Both the position numbers and the translations under genes were made by a program. The notes beneath the pieces were generated by a model that searched no databases, was not told where the DNA came from, and saw only the letters and a program-made list of their open reading frames with translations. From assembly GCA_963762145.1 (NCBI GenBank), contig CAVXJS010000009.1, positions 640,001-704,000 of the forward strand: DNA of 64,000 nt, written 5' to 3'. Origin of the DNA: an uncultured Candidatus Rokubacteria bacterium. Lineage in GTDB: Bacteria > Methylomirabilota > Methylomirabilia > Rokubacteriales > CSP1-6. Shown piece after piece: positions 63,997 through 64,000 of this stretch. The number at the start of each line of letters is the position of its first letter. Position 1 is the stretch's first letter.

Positions 63997-64000
63997 GCTG

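Overview
A GC-rich bacterial window. The gene families suggest Candidatus Rokubacteria/Methylomirabilota, but this is an inference. It is mostly an accessory mosaic that starts at a tRNA-Thr(CGT) gene. A ~12.9 kb island is bounded by direct repeats of the 5' half of the tRNA, with identity ending at the anticodon loop. Two more tyrosine-integrase remnants follow, along with many abruptly fused gene fragments. Intact or near-intact cargo includes a HiPIP, an AttEFGH-like ABC/lipocalin operon, DUF748/BON, nfeD-floA (frameshifted), GH15, gnd, MscS, a sigma54 two-component system, sucAB-lpdA, ftsH, two MlaC paralogs, an AI-2E transporter and phosphoketolase. Best leads: (1) a rhodanese-CBS gene split by an in-frame UGA followed by a bacterial SECIS-like hairpin (likely selenoprotein, C-x4-U); (2) a candidate regulon of six promoters at 52.4-59.1 kb, each with a TGGACCWWGGTCCA palindrome at a nearly fixed distance from a -10 box; (3) tandem islands that replace the tRNA 5' half and promoter, plus a core-less attP-like junction; (4) an IF1-like ATPase-inhibitor helix fused to a TerB-like domain; (5) a tandem family of small CxxC..HxxC proteins; (6) a duplicated micropeptide plus unknown-protein module. 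Family calls come from motif recognition by eye; no searches were run.
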